A program made the position numbers and the translations under genes. Under the pieces are notes generated by a model. It was not told the DNA's origin and ran no database searches. It worked only from the letters and a program-made list of their open reading frames with translations. 42,128 nt of DNA from a virus, in UHGV virus genome UHGV-0155081; one strand, 5' to 3'. Shown one piece after another: positions 10,394-19,250 of this stretch (within the stretch, counting starts at the first letter, position 1; each line of letters starts with the position of its first letter).

Positions 10394-10783
10394 TTAGTCA
10401 GCGAAGGTTAAGACGAGAATTACCTTAATGATGTCTGCTACAACAGACACGGCCATAGATAAACCAAAGACGATCCAAGCCATAGAGATGTCTTCACTAC
10501 CATCGTATAGAGTTCCGTAATCACTGGTGTAAGGCGCAAATGTCGCGCCTTGATACAATAGGTATAAGCTTGATCCATAGAGGATAAATGCAGACATCCC
10601 TTGTATTGCTATGATCACTAGAATCATGAAACGAGCTGATCTATGCGCCCAAGCCTGGCTTATTTTTTCTGATAGAGATTTCGCAATAAAAGCATGCGCT
10701 AAGCCGTAAATTGTCGAGATTGCCAACATCCCAAAAAAGCTTGCTATAGCGGTTCCAACCATAATCGCCCCTTGCGTGATCAA
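10394..10783 (-). CDS. Small polytopic membrane protein co-transcribed downstream of cI (rexB-position gene)
   Basis: 129 aa with about four hydrophobic helices; 4-nt overlap with cI stop. Confidence 0.5.
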   Translation of the reverse strand: MITQGAIMVGTAIASFFGMLAISTIYGLAHAFIAKSLSEKISQAWAHRSARFMILVIIAIQGMSAFILYGSSLYLLYQGATFAPYTSDYGTLYDGSEDISMAWIVFGLSMAVSVVADIIKVILVLTFAD

Positions 10784-11496
10784 ACCAGCCTTAGTTTTGT
10801 CTCAATTGCAACGCCTATAATCTTGCAGTTTCCATTGATTGGTACGAGAGGCCATGCAGGATTAAGTCCCTTGAGGTATTTATTTCCGCCGTCGATTATC
10901 AGCTTCTTGAATGTTGCTTCGTTAGAGTCAGAAAGTTTTGCTATGACCAAACTGCCGTTGACCGCCTCCCTTCCGGTATCGAAAAGAACGAATGTTCCCT
11001 CTGGAATGCTTAACCCAACCGGTGCCGTCATTGAATCACCTTCCACTTTAAGCCAGAACGCATTACCTTGAATATGCGCATCAGACTCAAGCCAAACATC
11101 TATGTCTTTAATGGTGTATGGTTCGCATGCTTCACACCACGAGCCAGCCTGGATACTGCTTAACACCGGATACCTCTTTCCTGCTCTGTATTCCCCTGCA
11201 TACCTTACGTTGGCATCGCTCTTAAGGCTTTCTGCCTGTTCTGCAACCTTGGCAGCAATTGACTGGCTAAAATCAGCAATTGAGACTTGCAACAATCGTG
11301 CAAAACCAGATGCAACCTCAACGTTTAGCGCGTTTCTGCCATTAAGATAATGCCCTACCGCTCCTTGGGTGATACCCAGTTCATCAGCGATTGAGTATTG
11401 GGTTATTCCCAATTCTTTCTTTTTTGACTCATACAAAGCCTTAAGCCGCTTAGCGTCTTCGAGCTGTTCTGTCGTCAGTGATTTTTTATTTTCCAT
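10780..11496 (-). CDS. cI: CI-type prophage repressor (HTH + LexA/S24 peptidase-like C-terminal domain)
   Basis: 238 aa; HTH (ITQYSIADELGITQGAVGHYLNG), C-terminal GDSM...K autocleavage motifs; divergent from cro. Confidence 0.9.
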   Translation of the reverse strand: MENKKSLTTEQLEDAKRLKALYESKKKELGITQYSIADELGITQGAVGHYLNGRNALNVEVASGFARLLQVSIADFSQSIAAKVAEQAESLKSDANVRYAGEYRAGKRYPVLSSIQAGSWCEACEPYTIKDIDVWLESDAHIQGNAFWLKVEGDSMTAPVGLSIPEGTFVLFDTGREAVNGSLVIAKLSDSNEATFKKLIIDGGNKYLKGLNPAWPLVPINGNCKIIGVAIETKLRLV

Positions 11497-11531
11497 GGCT
11501 TAATTCTAATAGCTAAGGTACTTAAACTAAA

Positions 11532-11571
11532 AATACCCTGAGTATTGATTGCTTTGAATACCTGTAGTATT
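11532..11571. promoter_or_regulatory. OR operator sites / pR-pRM region
   Basis: Palindromes AATAC-CCTGA-GTATT (11532..11546) and AATAC-CTGTA-GTATT (11557..11571) between cI and cro. Confidence 0.5.
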
Positions 11572-11596
11572 CTTTATTCATGGTTAATAACGGAGA

Positions 11597-11797
11597 GTGC
11601 ATATGATTCGAATGACACTTGCCGATTACGCCAAAATCCATGGACAGGCTAAAGCAGCCAGTGACTTTGGTGTAATCCAGTGCGCTATCAGCAAGGCCAT
11701 TCTGGCAGGCCGTAACATCATGGTTACGGTAAAGCCTGATGGCAGTGTGATTGGAGAGGAAGTTCGTCCTTTCCCAAGCAACAAGAAAAACAAATAG
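11597..11797 (+). CDS. cro: Cro repressor
   Basis: 66 aa; resembles lambda Cro ([13 protein letters not shown]...[11 protein letters not shown]...PFPSNKK). Confidence 0.85.
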   Translation: MHMIRMTLADYAKIHGQAKAASDFGVIQCAISKAILAGRNIMVTVKPDGSVIGEEVRPFPSNKKNK

Positions 11798-11803
11798 TAA
11801 CAC

Positions 11804-11847
11804 CGCTCTTTAACAGTCATGGTCATCATTCCCGCCGAAATGCGGGA
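11804..11847 (+). promoter_or_regulatory. nutR: boxA (CGCTCTTTAACA, 11804..11815) and boxB hairpin (11830..11847)
   Basis: Consensus boxA 14 nt upstream of boxB hairpin TCCCGC-CGAAAT-GCGGGA; between cro and cII. Confidence 0.75.
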
Positions 11848-11905
11848 ATACAACGCGCATACGTTGATGCGCATAACTTCTTATTTGTTAAGGAAATACT
11901 TACAT

Positions 11906-12184
11906 ATGGAACTTACAAGTACTCGCAAGAAAGCGAATGCAATTACAAGCAACATCCTGAATCGAATTGCTGTACGTGGTCAGCGAAAGGTTGCTGACGC
12001 GTTAGGAATTAATGAATCGCAAATTTCGCGATGGAAAGACAGCTTCATCCCAAAAATGGGAATGCTTCTGGCTGTTCTTGAATGGGGTGTTGAAGACGAG
12101 GAGTTGGCGGAACTGGCTAAGAAAGTAGCCAGAATGCTGACAAAAGAAAAAGCCCCGAAGAACGGCGAATTCTTCGAGGCCTGA
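11906..12184 (+). CDS. cII: CII transcriptional activator
   Basis: Track ORF starts at 11819 but reads through nutR; start at 11906 (MELTSTRKK...) has RBS AAGGAAA; HTH region resembles lambda CII (SQISRWK...MLLAVLEWGV). Confidence 0.8.
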   Translation: MELTSTRKKANAITSNILNRIAVRGQRKVADALGINESQISRWKDSFIPKMGMLLAVLEWGVEDEELAELAKKVARMLTKEKAPKNGEFFEA

Positions 12185-12218
12185 TGTAGAAAGACTGGAT
12201 CAATCCACAGGAGTCATT

Positions 12219-12380
12219 ATGACAAAACGTCGTAAGAAATACCAGGAAAAAGAAGAGATTCGACACCCTGATTCACCTGAGGGATTAGTGGTAGCCGCAG
12301 CAAATAACAGGGCGTTCGCAGAGCGCCTTGTTGGTGTTTACAGACTAGCCAAAGCAGGAGTGAAACATGGGCGTCGTTAA
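12219..12380 (+). CDS. Small basic ORF between cII and replication genes (53 aa)
   Basis: ATG with RBS AGGAG; below track length cut-off; stop overlaps O-like start. Confidence 0.3.
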   Translation: MTKRRKKYQEKEEIRHPDSPEGLVVAAANNRAFAERLVGVYRLAKAGVKHGRR

Positions 12381-13197
12381 GTTAGCTGATTACAGGCCTC
12401 AACTGGAGGTCGTGGAGCATCGCGTGGCAGAACTCGAAGATGGCTACACTCGGACTGCAAACACACTGTTAGAAGCCGCCATGCTTTCTGGACTTACTCT
12501 ACATCAGTTACTGATTGTTATGGCTGTATGGCGCAAGACATACGGTTACAACAAAAAAATAGATTGGATCGGAAACGAACAGTTCGCTGAACTCACTGGC
12601 ATGGCACCAACCAAATGCTCTACCGCCAAAAACGAGCTTATCAGAATGGGAGTTCTCATTCAGGTGGGGCGTCAAGTTGGTATGAATACAAACATTTCCG
12701 AGTGGAAAACGAAAGTTAACGGATTCGGTAAAACATTTACCAATTCGGTAAAACAAACCTTCACCAAATCGGTAAAAAGCAATTTACCGAATCAGTCAAA
12801 CACAAAAGACAATATACAAAAGACAATAAATACAAATACCCCCTTACCCCCTAACGGGGGCGGCGATGGGCAGGTTAAACCTGAACGTCGCAAGACAGAA
12901 CGAATCGACTACGAATCCTTCCTGAACGCCTACAACACCGAAGTTGGTGACAGACTGCCGCACGCTGTTGCGGTCAACGAGAAACGCAAACGCCGCCTGA
13001 AGAAAATCATCCCGCAACTGAAAACACCAAACGTGGACGGTTTCAGAGCGTATGTCAGGGCGTTTGTGCATCAGGCCAAGCCGTTTTACTTCGGAGACAA
13101 CGACACGGGCTGGACGGCAGATTTTGATTACCTGCTGAGGGAAGATTCGTTAACGGGAGTACGGGAAGGAAAGTTTGCAGACAGGGGGATTGCATGA
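12367..13197 (+). CDS. Replication initiator (lambda O / P22 gp18 family)
   Basis: 276 aa; position after cII; iteron repeats inside the gene as in lambda O. Confidence 0.75.
   Translation: MGVVKLADYRPQLEVVEHRVAELEDGYTRTANTLLEAAMLSGLTLHQLLIVMAVWRKTYGYNKKIDWIGNEQFAELTGMAPTKCSTAKNELIRMGVLIQVGRQVGMNTNISEWKTKVNGFGKTFTNSVKQTFTKSVKSNLPNQSNTKDNIQKTINTNTPLPPNGGGDGQVKPERRKTERIDYESFLNAYNTEVGDRLPHAVAVNEKRKRRLKKIIPQLKTPNVDGFRAYVRAFVHQAKPFYFGDNDTGWTADFDYLLREDSLTGVREGKFADRGIA
12724..12792 (+). repeat. Origin iterons inside initiator gene
   Basis: TTCGGTAAAACA at 12724..12735 and 12744..12755, ATCGGTAAAAAG at 12768..12779, inverted partial copy 12784..12792; AT-rich tract follows. Confidence 0.6.
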
Positions 13198-14570
13198 GAC
13201 AGGATATCGAAGCGAGCGTTATCGGTGGCCTGCTGATTGGTGGATTAACGCCAACCGCCAGCGACGTTCTGGCAACGTTGGAGCCGGAAGCGTTTTCAAT
13301 TCCGCTCTACCGGAAAGCCTTCGAGGTTATCCGCAAGCAGGCGCGAAACAGAAATTTAATCGACGCGCTGATGGTTGCCGAGGCGTGCGGAGAGGAGCAT
13401 TTCACGTCAATCCTGATGACCAGCAAAAACTGCCCGAGTGCCGCAAATCTGAAGGGATATGCCGGAATGGTCGCGGATAACTATCACCGCCGTCTGGTGC
13501 TGGAAATCATGGATGAAATGCGTGAACCAATTCAGAGCGGAACCATCGATACATCGAGTCAGGCGATGGACGAGCTCGTAAAGCGTCTTTCAGCCATCAG
13601 AAAGCCCCGTGACGAGGTTAAACCTGTACGGTTAGGGGAAATCATTACTGACTACACTGACACGCTTGACAGGCGTCTGAGGAACGGAGAAGAGTCAGAT
13701 ACCCTGAAGACCGGAATCGAAGAACTTGATGCCATCACCGGAGGGATGAACGCGGAAGACCTGGTGATAATCGCTGCTCGTCCTGGTATGGGGAAAACCG
13801 AACTGGCGCTGAAGATTGCCGAAGGCGTTGCTAGCCGCGTTATTCCTGGTTCTGACGTCCGGCGCGGGGTATTGATTTTCTCAATGGAAATGAGCGCATT
13901 GCAGATTGCAGAGCGAAGCATTGCCAACGCCGGGAGGATGTCGGTTAGCGTACTGCGAAATCCTGCATCGATGGATGACGAGGGCTGGGCACGTGTTGCT
14001 AACGGCATGAGTCAGCTTGCAGATTTGGATGTATGGGTAGTCGATGCCTCGCGGTTATCGGTCGAAGAAATACGCTCAATCGCAGAACGGCACAAACAGG
14101 AAAATCCAAACCTCTCACTCATCATGGCGGATTATCTTGGCCTGATTGAGAAGCCGAAAGCAGACCGCAACGACCTCGCAATTGCTCACATCTCCGGAAG
14201 CCTGAAGGCGATGGCGAAAGACCTGAAAACACCGGTTATCTCCCTGAGTCAGCTTTCGCGCGATGTTGAGAAGCGACCAAACAAACGCCCGACAAACGCA
14301 GATTTGCGTGATTCAGGAAGCATTGAACAGGACGCAGACTCAATCATCATGCTCTATCGGGAAGCGGTATATGACGAGAACAGTAGCGCCGCACCATTTG
14401 CTGAAATCATCGTGACGAAAAACCGTTTTGGCTCACTTGGTACGGTTTACCAGCGATTCTGCAACGGACACTTTGTTGCATGTGACCAGGATGAAGCCAG
14501 ACAGATTTGCACAGCATCAAATGCACCTGCTTCGCGTGGCAGACGATATGCCCAAGGGGCTGACGTATGA
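13194..14570 (+). CDS. DnaB-family replicative helicase (P22 gp12-like)
   Basis: 458 aa; Walker A GMGKT, DnaB C-terminal motifs; start overlaps initiator stop (ATGA). Confidence 0.85.
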   Translation: MRQDIEASVIGGLLIGGLTPTASDVLATLEPEAFSIPLYRKAFEVIRKQARNRNLIDALMVAEACGEEHFTSILMTSKNCPSAANLKGYAGMVADNYHRRLVLEIMDEMREPIQSGTIDTSSQAMDELVKRLSAIRKPRDEVKPVRLGEIITDYTDTLDRRLRNGEESDTLKTGIEELDAITGGMNAEDLVIIAARPGMGKTELALKIAEGVASRVIPGSDVRRGVLIFSMEMSALQIAERSIANAGRMSVSVLRNPASMDDEGWARVANGMSQLADLDVWVVDASRLSVEEIRSIAERHKQENPNLSLIMADYLGLIEKPKADRNDLAIAHISGSLKAMAKDLKTPVISLSQLSRDVEKRPNKRPTNADLRDSGSIEQDADSIIMLYREAVYDENSSAAPFAEIIVTKNRFGSLGTVYQRFCNGHFVACDQDEARQICTASNAPASRGRRYAQGADV

Positions 14571-14597
14571 CCATCTACATCACTGAGTTAATAACAG

Positions 14598-14624
14598 GCC
14601 TGCTGGTAATCGCAGGCTTTTTTA
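14598..14624 (+). terminator. Rho-independent terminator after helicase gene (tR2-like)
   Basis: Hairpin GCCTGC-tggtaatc-GCAGGC followed by TTTTTTA. Confidence 0.5.
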
Positions 14625-14642
14625 TTTGGGGGAGAGGGAAGT

Positions 14643-14969
14643 GTGGCTGACTGGCAAATTCCAATCATCATTCTTGCCGGAGCTTCGCTGGTTGCTGGCT
14701 TTATCCTGCTGAAGAAGCATAAAGACCGTGATCAAAAAGTCGAAGTTCTCTATGGGTATCCAGCGAACTGCACAACATGGCTGACCATTTACCACTACCG
14801 AAAATCAGGCCGCTGGGTATTCGAATGGGATGATCTGTTCGCTGAAAAGCGACCAAAGTCATGGGGAGATATCAGCGAATGCATGATGTTTGAAGAAAGA
14901 AAATCCGGCGCAACTCGAGAAGAGTTTAACGAAGCGTGGAGGCGATTAAGTGAGAGAGGGTATCAATGA
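14643..14969 (+). CDS. Hypothetical protein with N-terminal TM helix
   Basis: 108 aa, GTG start with RBS GGAGAGGGA. Confidence 0.4.
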   Translation: MADWQIPIIILAGASLVAGFILLKKHKDRDQKVEVLYGYPANCTTWLTIYHYRKSGRWVFEWDDLFAEKRPKSWGDISECMMFEERKSGATREEFNEAWRRLSERGYQ

Positions 14970-15202
14970 GCAGAATTAAATCTGGTTATCCAGGGAATGG
15001 GGAATACCCGAAGCCATATTTACCTGTAACAGTGACCACTCAATCTAAGCATCCACATCATTTCAAGCAAAGTGGTACAGCTTATTGGAGTGGCAAGCGG
15101 TGGATAGGTATTGATGGGTTCAAAATTGGGTATGCAAAGGTAATTAAATGGGAATTTAACATCGCACACTGGAGTTCATCCCATGAGGAAACTAACGTTT
15201 GA
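14966..15202 (+). CDS. Hypothetical protein
   Basis: 78-aa ORF, 4-nt overlap with upstream gene. Confidence 0.3.
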   Translation: MSRIKSGYPGNGEYPKPYLPVTVTTQSKHPHHFKQSGTAYWSGKRWIGIDGFKIGYAKVIKWEFNIAHWSSSHEETNV

Positions 15203-15623
15203 ACTAAGAAGCCCCATCCATCAGCAGAACGCCATTCAAGCCATCCAGCAAATCCTTCCAGACCCAACCAAACCAATCGTCGTAACCATTCAGGAGCGCA
15301 ACCGCAGCTTAGACCAAAACAGGAAGCTATGGGCCTGCTTAGGTGACGTCTCTCGTCAGGTTGAATGGCATGGTCGCTGGCTGGATGCAGAAAGCTGGAA
15401 GTGTGTGTTTACCGCAGCATTAAAGCAGCAGGATGTTGTTCCTAACCTTGCCGGGAATGGCTTTGTGGTAATAGGCCAGTCAACCAGCAGGATGCGTGTA
15501 GGCGAATTTGCGGAGCTATTAGAGCTTATACAGGCATTCGGTACAGAGCGTGGCGTTAAGTGGTCAGACGAAGCGAGACTGGCTCTGGAGTGGAAAGCGA
15601 GATGGGGAGACAGGGCTGCATGA
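15183..15623 (+). CDS. ninB: NinB (Orf family recombination mediator)
   Basis: 146 aa; matches lambda NinB length and sequence as I recall it. Confidence 0.85.
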   Translation: MRKLTFELRSPIHQQNAIQAIQQILPDPTKPIVVTIQERNRSLDQNRKLWACLGDVSRQVEWHGRWLDAESWKCVFTAALKQQDVVPNLAGNGFVVIGQSTSRMRVGEFAELLELIQAFGTERGVKWSDEARLALEWKARWGDRAA

Positions 15624-16492
15624 TAAATGTCGTTAGTTTCTCCGGTGGCAGGACGTCAGCATATTTGCTCTGGCTAATGGAGCAAAAGCGACGGGCAGGT
15701 GAAGACGTGCATTACGTTTTCATGGATACAGGTTGTGAACATCCAATGACATATCGGTTTGTGAGGGAAGTTGTGAAGTTCTGGGATATACCACTCACCG
15801 TATTGCAGGTTGATATCAACCCAGAGCTTGGGCAGCCAAATGGTTATACGGTATGGGAACCAAAGGATATTCAGACGCGAATGCCTGTTCTGAAGCCATT
15901 TATCGATATGGTAAAGAAATATGGCACTCCATACGTCGGCGGCGCGTTCTGCACTGACAGATTAAAACTCGTTCCCTTCACCAAATACTGTGATGACCAT
16001 TTCGGGCGAGGAAATTACACCACGTGGATTGGCATCAGAGCTGATGAACCGAAGCGGCTAAAGCCAAAGTCTGGAATCAGATATCTTGCTGAACTGTCAG
16101 ACTTTGAGAAGGAAGATATCCTCGCATGGTGGAAGCAACAACCATTCGATTTGCAAATACCGGAGCATCTCGGTAACTGCATATTCTGCATTAAAAAATC
16201 AACGCAAAAAATCGGACTTGCCTGCAAAGATGAGGAGGGATTGCAGCGTGTTTTTAATGAGGTCATCACGGGATCCCATGTGCGTGACGGACATCGGGAA
16301 ACGCCAAAGGAGATTATGTACCGAGGAAGAATGTCGCTGGACGGTATCGCGAAAATGTATTCAGAAAATGATTATCAAGCCCTGTATCAGGACATGGTAC
16401 GAGCTAAAAGATTCGATACCGGCTCTTGTTCTGAGTCATGCGAAATATTTGGAGGGCAGCTTGATTTCGACTTCGGGAGGGAAGCTGCATGA
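15620..16492 (+). CDS. ninC: NinC (PAPS-reductase-like fold)
   Basis: Start at [17 protein letters not shown] (P-loop-like SGGxxS motif), overlapping ninB stop; closely matches lambda NinC. Confidence 0.85.
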   Translation: MINVVSFSGGRTSAYLLWLMEQKRRAGEDVHYVFMDTGCEHPMTYRFVREVVKFWDIPLTVLQVDINPELGQPNGYTVWEPKDIQTRMPVLKPFIDMVKKYGTPYVGGAFCTDRLKLVPFTKYCDDHFGRGNYTTWIGIRADEPKRLKPKSGIRYLAELSDFEKEDILAWWKQQPFDLQIPEHLGNCIFCIKKSTQKIGLACKDEEGLQRVFNEVITGSHVRDGHRETPKEIMYRGRMSLDGIAKMYSENDYQALYQDMVRAKRFDTGSCSESCEIFGGQLDFDFGREAA

Positions 16493-16662
16493 TGCGATGT
16501 TATCGGTGCGGTGAATGCAAAGAAGATAACCGCTTCCGACCAAATCAACCTTACTGGAATCGATGGTGTATTCGGTGTGAAAGAACACCAACAGGGGTGT
16601 TACCACTACCTCAGGAAAAGGAGGACGTATGGCGAGACAGCGACGAAGCGTTACTCAAATAG
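16489..16662 (+). CDS. ninD: NinD (small Zn-ribbon protein)
   Basis: 57 aa [31 protein letters not shown]..., found by manual translation; lambda NinD-like. Confidence 0.65.
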   Translation: MMRCYRCGECKEDNRFRPNQPYWNRWCIRCERTPTGVLPLPQEKEDVWRDSDEALLK

Positions 16663-16805
16663 CGTTAGACAACCTGATTTTTACTCCTACCAAACGCACC
16701 AAATCCCGCAAGAAACCAATCCCCACAGAAAGCCAGGTAAAGACATTCGATTATGTCTACGGGCTGTTACAGGCCAAATGGAACCGCATGAGGAAAACAA
16801 GGTGA
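16629..16805 (+). CDS. ninE: NinE
   Basis: 58 aa [32 protein letters not shown]...; lambda NinE-like. Confidence 0.65.
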   Translation: MARQRRSVTQIALDNLIFTPTKRTKSRKKPIPTESQVKTFDYVYGLLQAKWNRMRKTR

Positions 16806-16975
16806 TTGACCCAAATCGAAGTTACGAACAAGAAAGTGTCGAGCGAGCTTTAACGTGTGCTAACTGCGGTCAGAAGCTGCATGTGCTGGAAGTTCACGTG
16901 TGCTCCGATTGCTGCGCAGAACTGATGAGCGATCCGAATAGCTCAATGTACGAGGAAGAAGACGATGGTGATTAG
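16778..16975 (+). CDS. ninF: NinF
   Basis: C-terminal part of track ORF 16511..16975; [33 protein letters not shown]...EEEDDG matches lambda NinF; start may be the GTG at 16802. Confidence 0.65.
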   Translation: MEPHEENKVIDPNRSYEQESVERALTCANCGQKLHVLEVHVCSDCCAELMSDPNSSMYEEEDDGD

Positions 16976-17357
16976 CCGATACGGACAAATAACGTTTAAA
17001 CATTTTCAAGACAATCCAACATGGGCTGCTGCGGCTGGATATGACTTTAATTATTTTGATTGTCTGTCAGTCGCATGTATTGCAACTACCAATGTTGCTA
17101 ACAACATAATCGATGAATTCTTGGATTTTCCAGACTATCAGGTCAGAGAGTTGCCTGCATTTTTTGTGAAAGTATCTGTTGCTACAGCTCTGTTATTTAT
17201 TTTGTTATTCGCATATCCATTGCTTGCCGTATTTGTTTATGTGAGATGCAAACACTCACAAAAGGAATACAGCGGAGAGCATACCGATATTACCAGCCAA
17301 AATATGCGAGTGTGGTTGAGGAGATGCCAAGAGAAATGGGGGAGACGTCATGGCTAA
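16965..17357 (+). CDS. Hypothetical membrane protein inserted in nin region
   Basis: 130 aa with hydrophobic helix (ALLFILLFAYPLLAVFVYV); not part of lambda nin set. Confidence 0.4.
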   Translation: MVISRYGQITFKHFQDNPTWAAAAGYDFNYFDCLSVACIATTNVANNIIDEFLDFPDYQVRELPAFFVKVSVATALLFILLFAYPLLAVFVYVRCKHSQKEYSGEHTDITSQNMRVWLRRCQEKWGRRHG

Positions 17358-17640
17358 CCTACGCAAAGAAGCGCGCGGCAGAGAATGCCTGGTACGTATT
17401 TACGGCGTATGCAATGGTAATCCTGAAACTACAGTTCTGGCACATTACCGGATGGCTGGAATTTGCGGAACGGGAATGAAACCTGACGACCTGATCGGCG
17501 CATGGGCTTGTAGCGCGTGTCACGATGAAATCGACCGACGCACCCATAATCTCGACAACAAAGACGCCAGACTTTACCACCTCGAAGGCGTGATCAGGAC
17601 GCAGGCGATACTGCTGAAGGAGGGGAAGATTAAGTCATGA
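17350..17640 (+). CDS. DUF1364-family (YbcO-like) Cys/His-rich protein
   Basis: 96 aa with CxxxxxxC...CSACH motif, same size and position as DLP12 YbcO. Confidence 0.55.
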   Translation: MANLRKEARGRECLVRIYGVCNGNPETTVLAHYRMAGICGTGMKPDDLIGAWACSACHDEIDRRTHNLDNKDARLYHLEGVIRTQAILLKEGKIKS

Positions 17641-17999
17641 ACGAATATCAGTTTGTGCTTCCTTACCCGCCGTCGGTGAATACCTACTGGCGAAGACGGG
17701 GAAGCCAATACTACATCAGCGATAAAGGCCAGAAATACCGAAAAGACGTTCAGCAAATCATCCGCCAACTCAAGTTAGATATTTTCACCAAAGCACGACT
17801 CCGCATCAAAGTCATCGCAGACGTTCCAGACTCCCGCCGCCGCGACCTCGACAACATCCTGAAGGGTCTACTCGACTCTCTTATCCACGCCGGATTTGCG
17901 GAAGACGACGAGCAATTCGACGACATTCGTGTAATTCGTGGTGTGAAAGTACCAGGCGGAAGGCTTGGAATAAAAATCACCGAACTGGAGAACGCATGA
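17637..17999 (+). CDS. rusA: RusA Holliday-junction resolvase
   Basis: 120 aa; conserved DxRRRDLDN motif. Confidence 0.8.
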   Translation: MNEYQFVLPYPPSVNTYWRRRGSQYYISDKGQKYRKDVQQIIRQLKLDIFTKARLRIKVIADVPDSRRRDLDNILKGLLDSLIHAGFAEDDEQFDDIRVIRGVKVPGGRLGIKITELENA

Positions 18000-18190
18000 A
18001 CGCCACAATTCAAACGATACCAGAGATTCTTATCCAGACACGAGGCAATCAGACCGAAGTGGCGAGGATGCTTTCCTGCGCAAGAGGAACAGTGCTCAAG
18101 TACAACCGAGACAGCAAAGGCGAGCGTCACGTAATAGTTAACGGCGTCCTGATGGTCAAACAGGGCAAGAGAGGAAGACGATGCGCATAA
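17996..18190 (+). CDS. ninH: NinH-like protein
   Basis: 64 aa; GNQTEVARMLSCARGTVLKY matches lambda NinH HTH region. Confidence 0.7.
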   Translation: MNATIQTIPEILIQTRGNQTEVARMLSCARGTVLKYNRDSKGERHVIVNGVLMVKQGKRGRRCA

Positions 18191-18699
18191 GAGAACTAAA
18201 CCTCACCAAAGAACAGCACGAGTGGCTGAATGGCTGGCTTGAACTGTGGGGCGCATGGGTTTATTCAGGTCGTCTGGAAAAGCGCATGAGCAGCGTAATA
18301 GCGAAGTTCATGGAGAGCGTAGAGCCGGGAAGAGTTATGACAAGGCCAATGTGTAATGATGATGATGGAATGTTGATTTCTCAGGTCGTCGATTCCGTCA
18401 TGTACATTGACAAGAAAGCCTTTGGCATCCTCCTCAGCTACTACGCTCATGGTTCATCTAAGCGAGCAATTGCATCCTACTATCACGCGACTGCAAAGCC
18501 ACGCAAGATGTGTGGGCGCGGTGGCGACGGATGGAGAAAACCTTCACTGGCAACCTGTAGAAACGAAATTGACGACATCCTGAAAGCGTCATTATTTGTT
18601 TTGTACCAACCAATGCAAAATGCTTTCAAAATGCGTAAACGTGTTGAGAAAGTTAAGCATGTTGCTGTTAAAAGTCTTGACATGCAATTAGCCATTTAG
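18181..18699 (+). CDS. Q: Putative late-gene antiterminator Q
   Basis: 172-aa ORF in Q position (after ninH, before tRNAs and lysis genes); assigned mainly by synteny. Confidence 0.5.
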   Translation: MRIRELNLTKEQHEWLNGWLELWGAWVYSGRLEKRMSSVIAKFMESVEPGRVMTRPMCNDDDGMLISQVVDSVMYIDKKAFGILLSYYAHGSSKRAIASYYHATAKPRKMCGRGGDGWRKPSLATCRNEIDDILKASLFVLYQPMQNAFKMRKRVEKVKHVAVKSLDMQLAI

Positions 18700-18757
18700 C
18701 CACAATTAGCAGGTAAGCTGCCGTTAGTGACTCTTAAGTTGCAACGGTGGCTTTTTT
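18676..18757 (+). promoter_or_regulatory. Candidate late promoter pR' region with downstream terminator-like hairpin and T-run
   Basis: TTGACA at 18676..18681 at the 3' end of Q; inverted repeat AGCCAC...GTGGCT followed by TTTTTT (18752..18757); -10 element not clear. Confidence 0.3.
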
Positions 18758-18761
18758 ATTG

Positions 18762-18836
18762 GGGTCAGTCGTATAAAGGTCATTACGGAAGGCTGTTAAC
18801 CTTCTTATCGTGGTTCGAGTCCACGCTGTCCCGCCA
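18762..18836 (+). tRNA. tRNA-Asn (anticodon GTT), CCA encoded
   Basis: Hand fold: acceptor 6/7 bp, anticodon stem GAAGG/CCTTC with loop CTGTTAA (same as E. coli tRNA-Asn), T-arm CGTGG-TTCGAGT-CCACG. Confidence 0.6.
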
Positions 18837-18841
18837 AACAT

Positions 18842-18917
18842 GCTGGTTTAGCTCCAATGGTAGAGCAGTCGCCTTGTAAGCGTATGGGTAGCGGTTCAAG
18901 TCCGTTAACCAGCACCA
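18842..18917 (+). tRNA. tRNA-Thr-like (anticodon TGT), possibly degenerate
   Basis: Perfect acceptor stem GCTGGTT/AACCAGC, canonical D-arm and T-arm, CCA encoded, but anticodon stem has only 3 Watson-Crick pairs. Confidence 0.5.
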
Positions 18918-19034
18918 TAACTGAGCCGTAGCCACTGGCTATCCTGAACTCATCAGTGATAGTTACGCTGCGGCCTTCTTTCCCCCCTTCCCAATATAAG
19001 AACTACGCAATCCGTTACTTGCGGAGGCGTTGCT

Positions 19035-19250
19035 ATGAAATCAATGGACAAAATCTCAACTGGCATTGCCTACGGAACATCCGCTGGTAGTGCGGGATAC
19101 TGGTTTTTGCAGTGGTTGGATCAGGTCAGTCCATCACAGTGGGCTGCGATTGGAGTGCTTGGAAGCCTTGTGTTGGGCTTTCTCACCTATCTGACAAATC
19201 TGTACTTCAAAATCAGAGAAGACAGAAGAAAGGCTGCGAGAGGTGAATAA
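19035..19250 (+). CDS. S: Class II holin / pinholin (phage 21 S-like), dual-start
   Basis: 71 aa with MKSM dual-start motif and two TM helices; matches S21 from memory. Confidence 0.88.
   Translation: MKSMDKISTGIAYGTSAGSAGYWFLQWLDQVSPSQWAAIGVLGSLVLGFLTYLTNLYFKIREDRRKAARGE

Noticed and set aside
11819-11905. N-terminal extension of cII ORF (MVIIPAEMREYNAHT...)
   Set aside because: Extension is the translation of the nutR boxB hairpin; the 11906 start has a proper RBS and gives a CII-sized protein
13175-13480. 101-aa ORF overlapping initiator/helicase junction
   Set aside because: Out-of-frame overlap with the start of the DnaB-like gene; Arg/Gly-rich translation typical of a shadow frame
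16511-16777. Front part of the 154-aa track ORF as a single gene
   Set aside because: Region is better explained by three short lambda-like genes (ninD, ninE, ninF) in different frames
18918-19034. Possible third tRNA downstream of the tRNA pair
   Set aside because: No T-loop (GTTC-type) motif and no acceptor-stem complementarity found by eye
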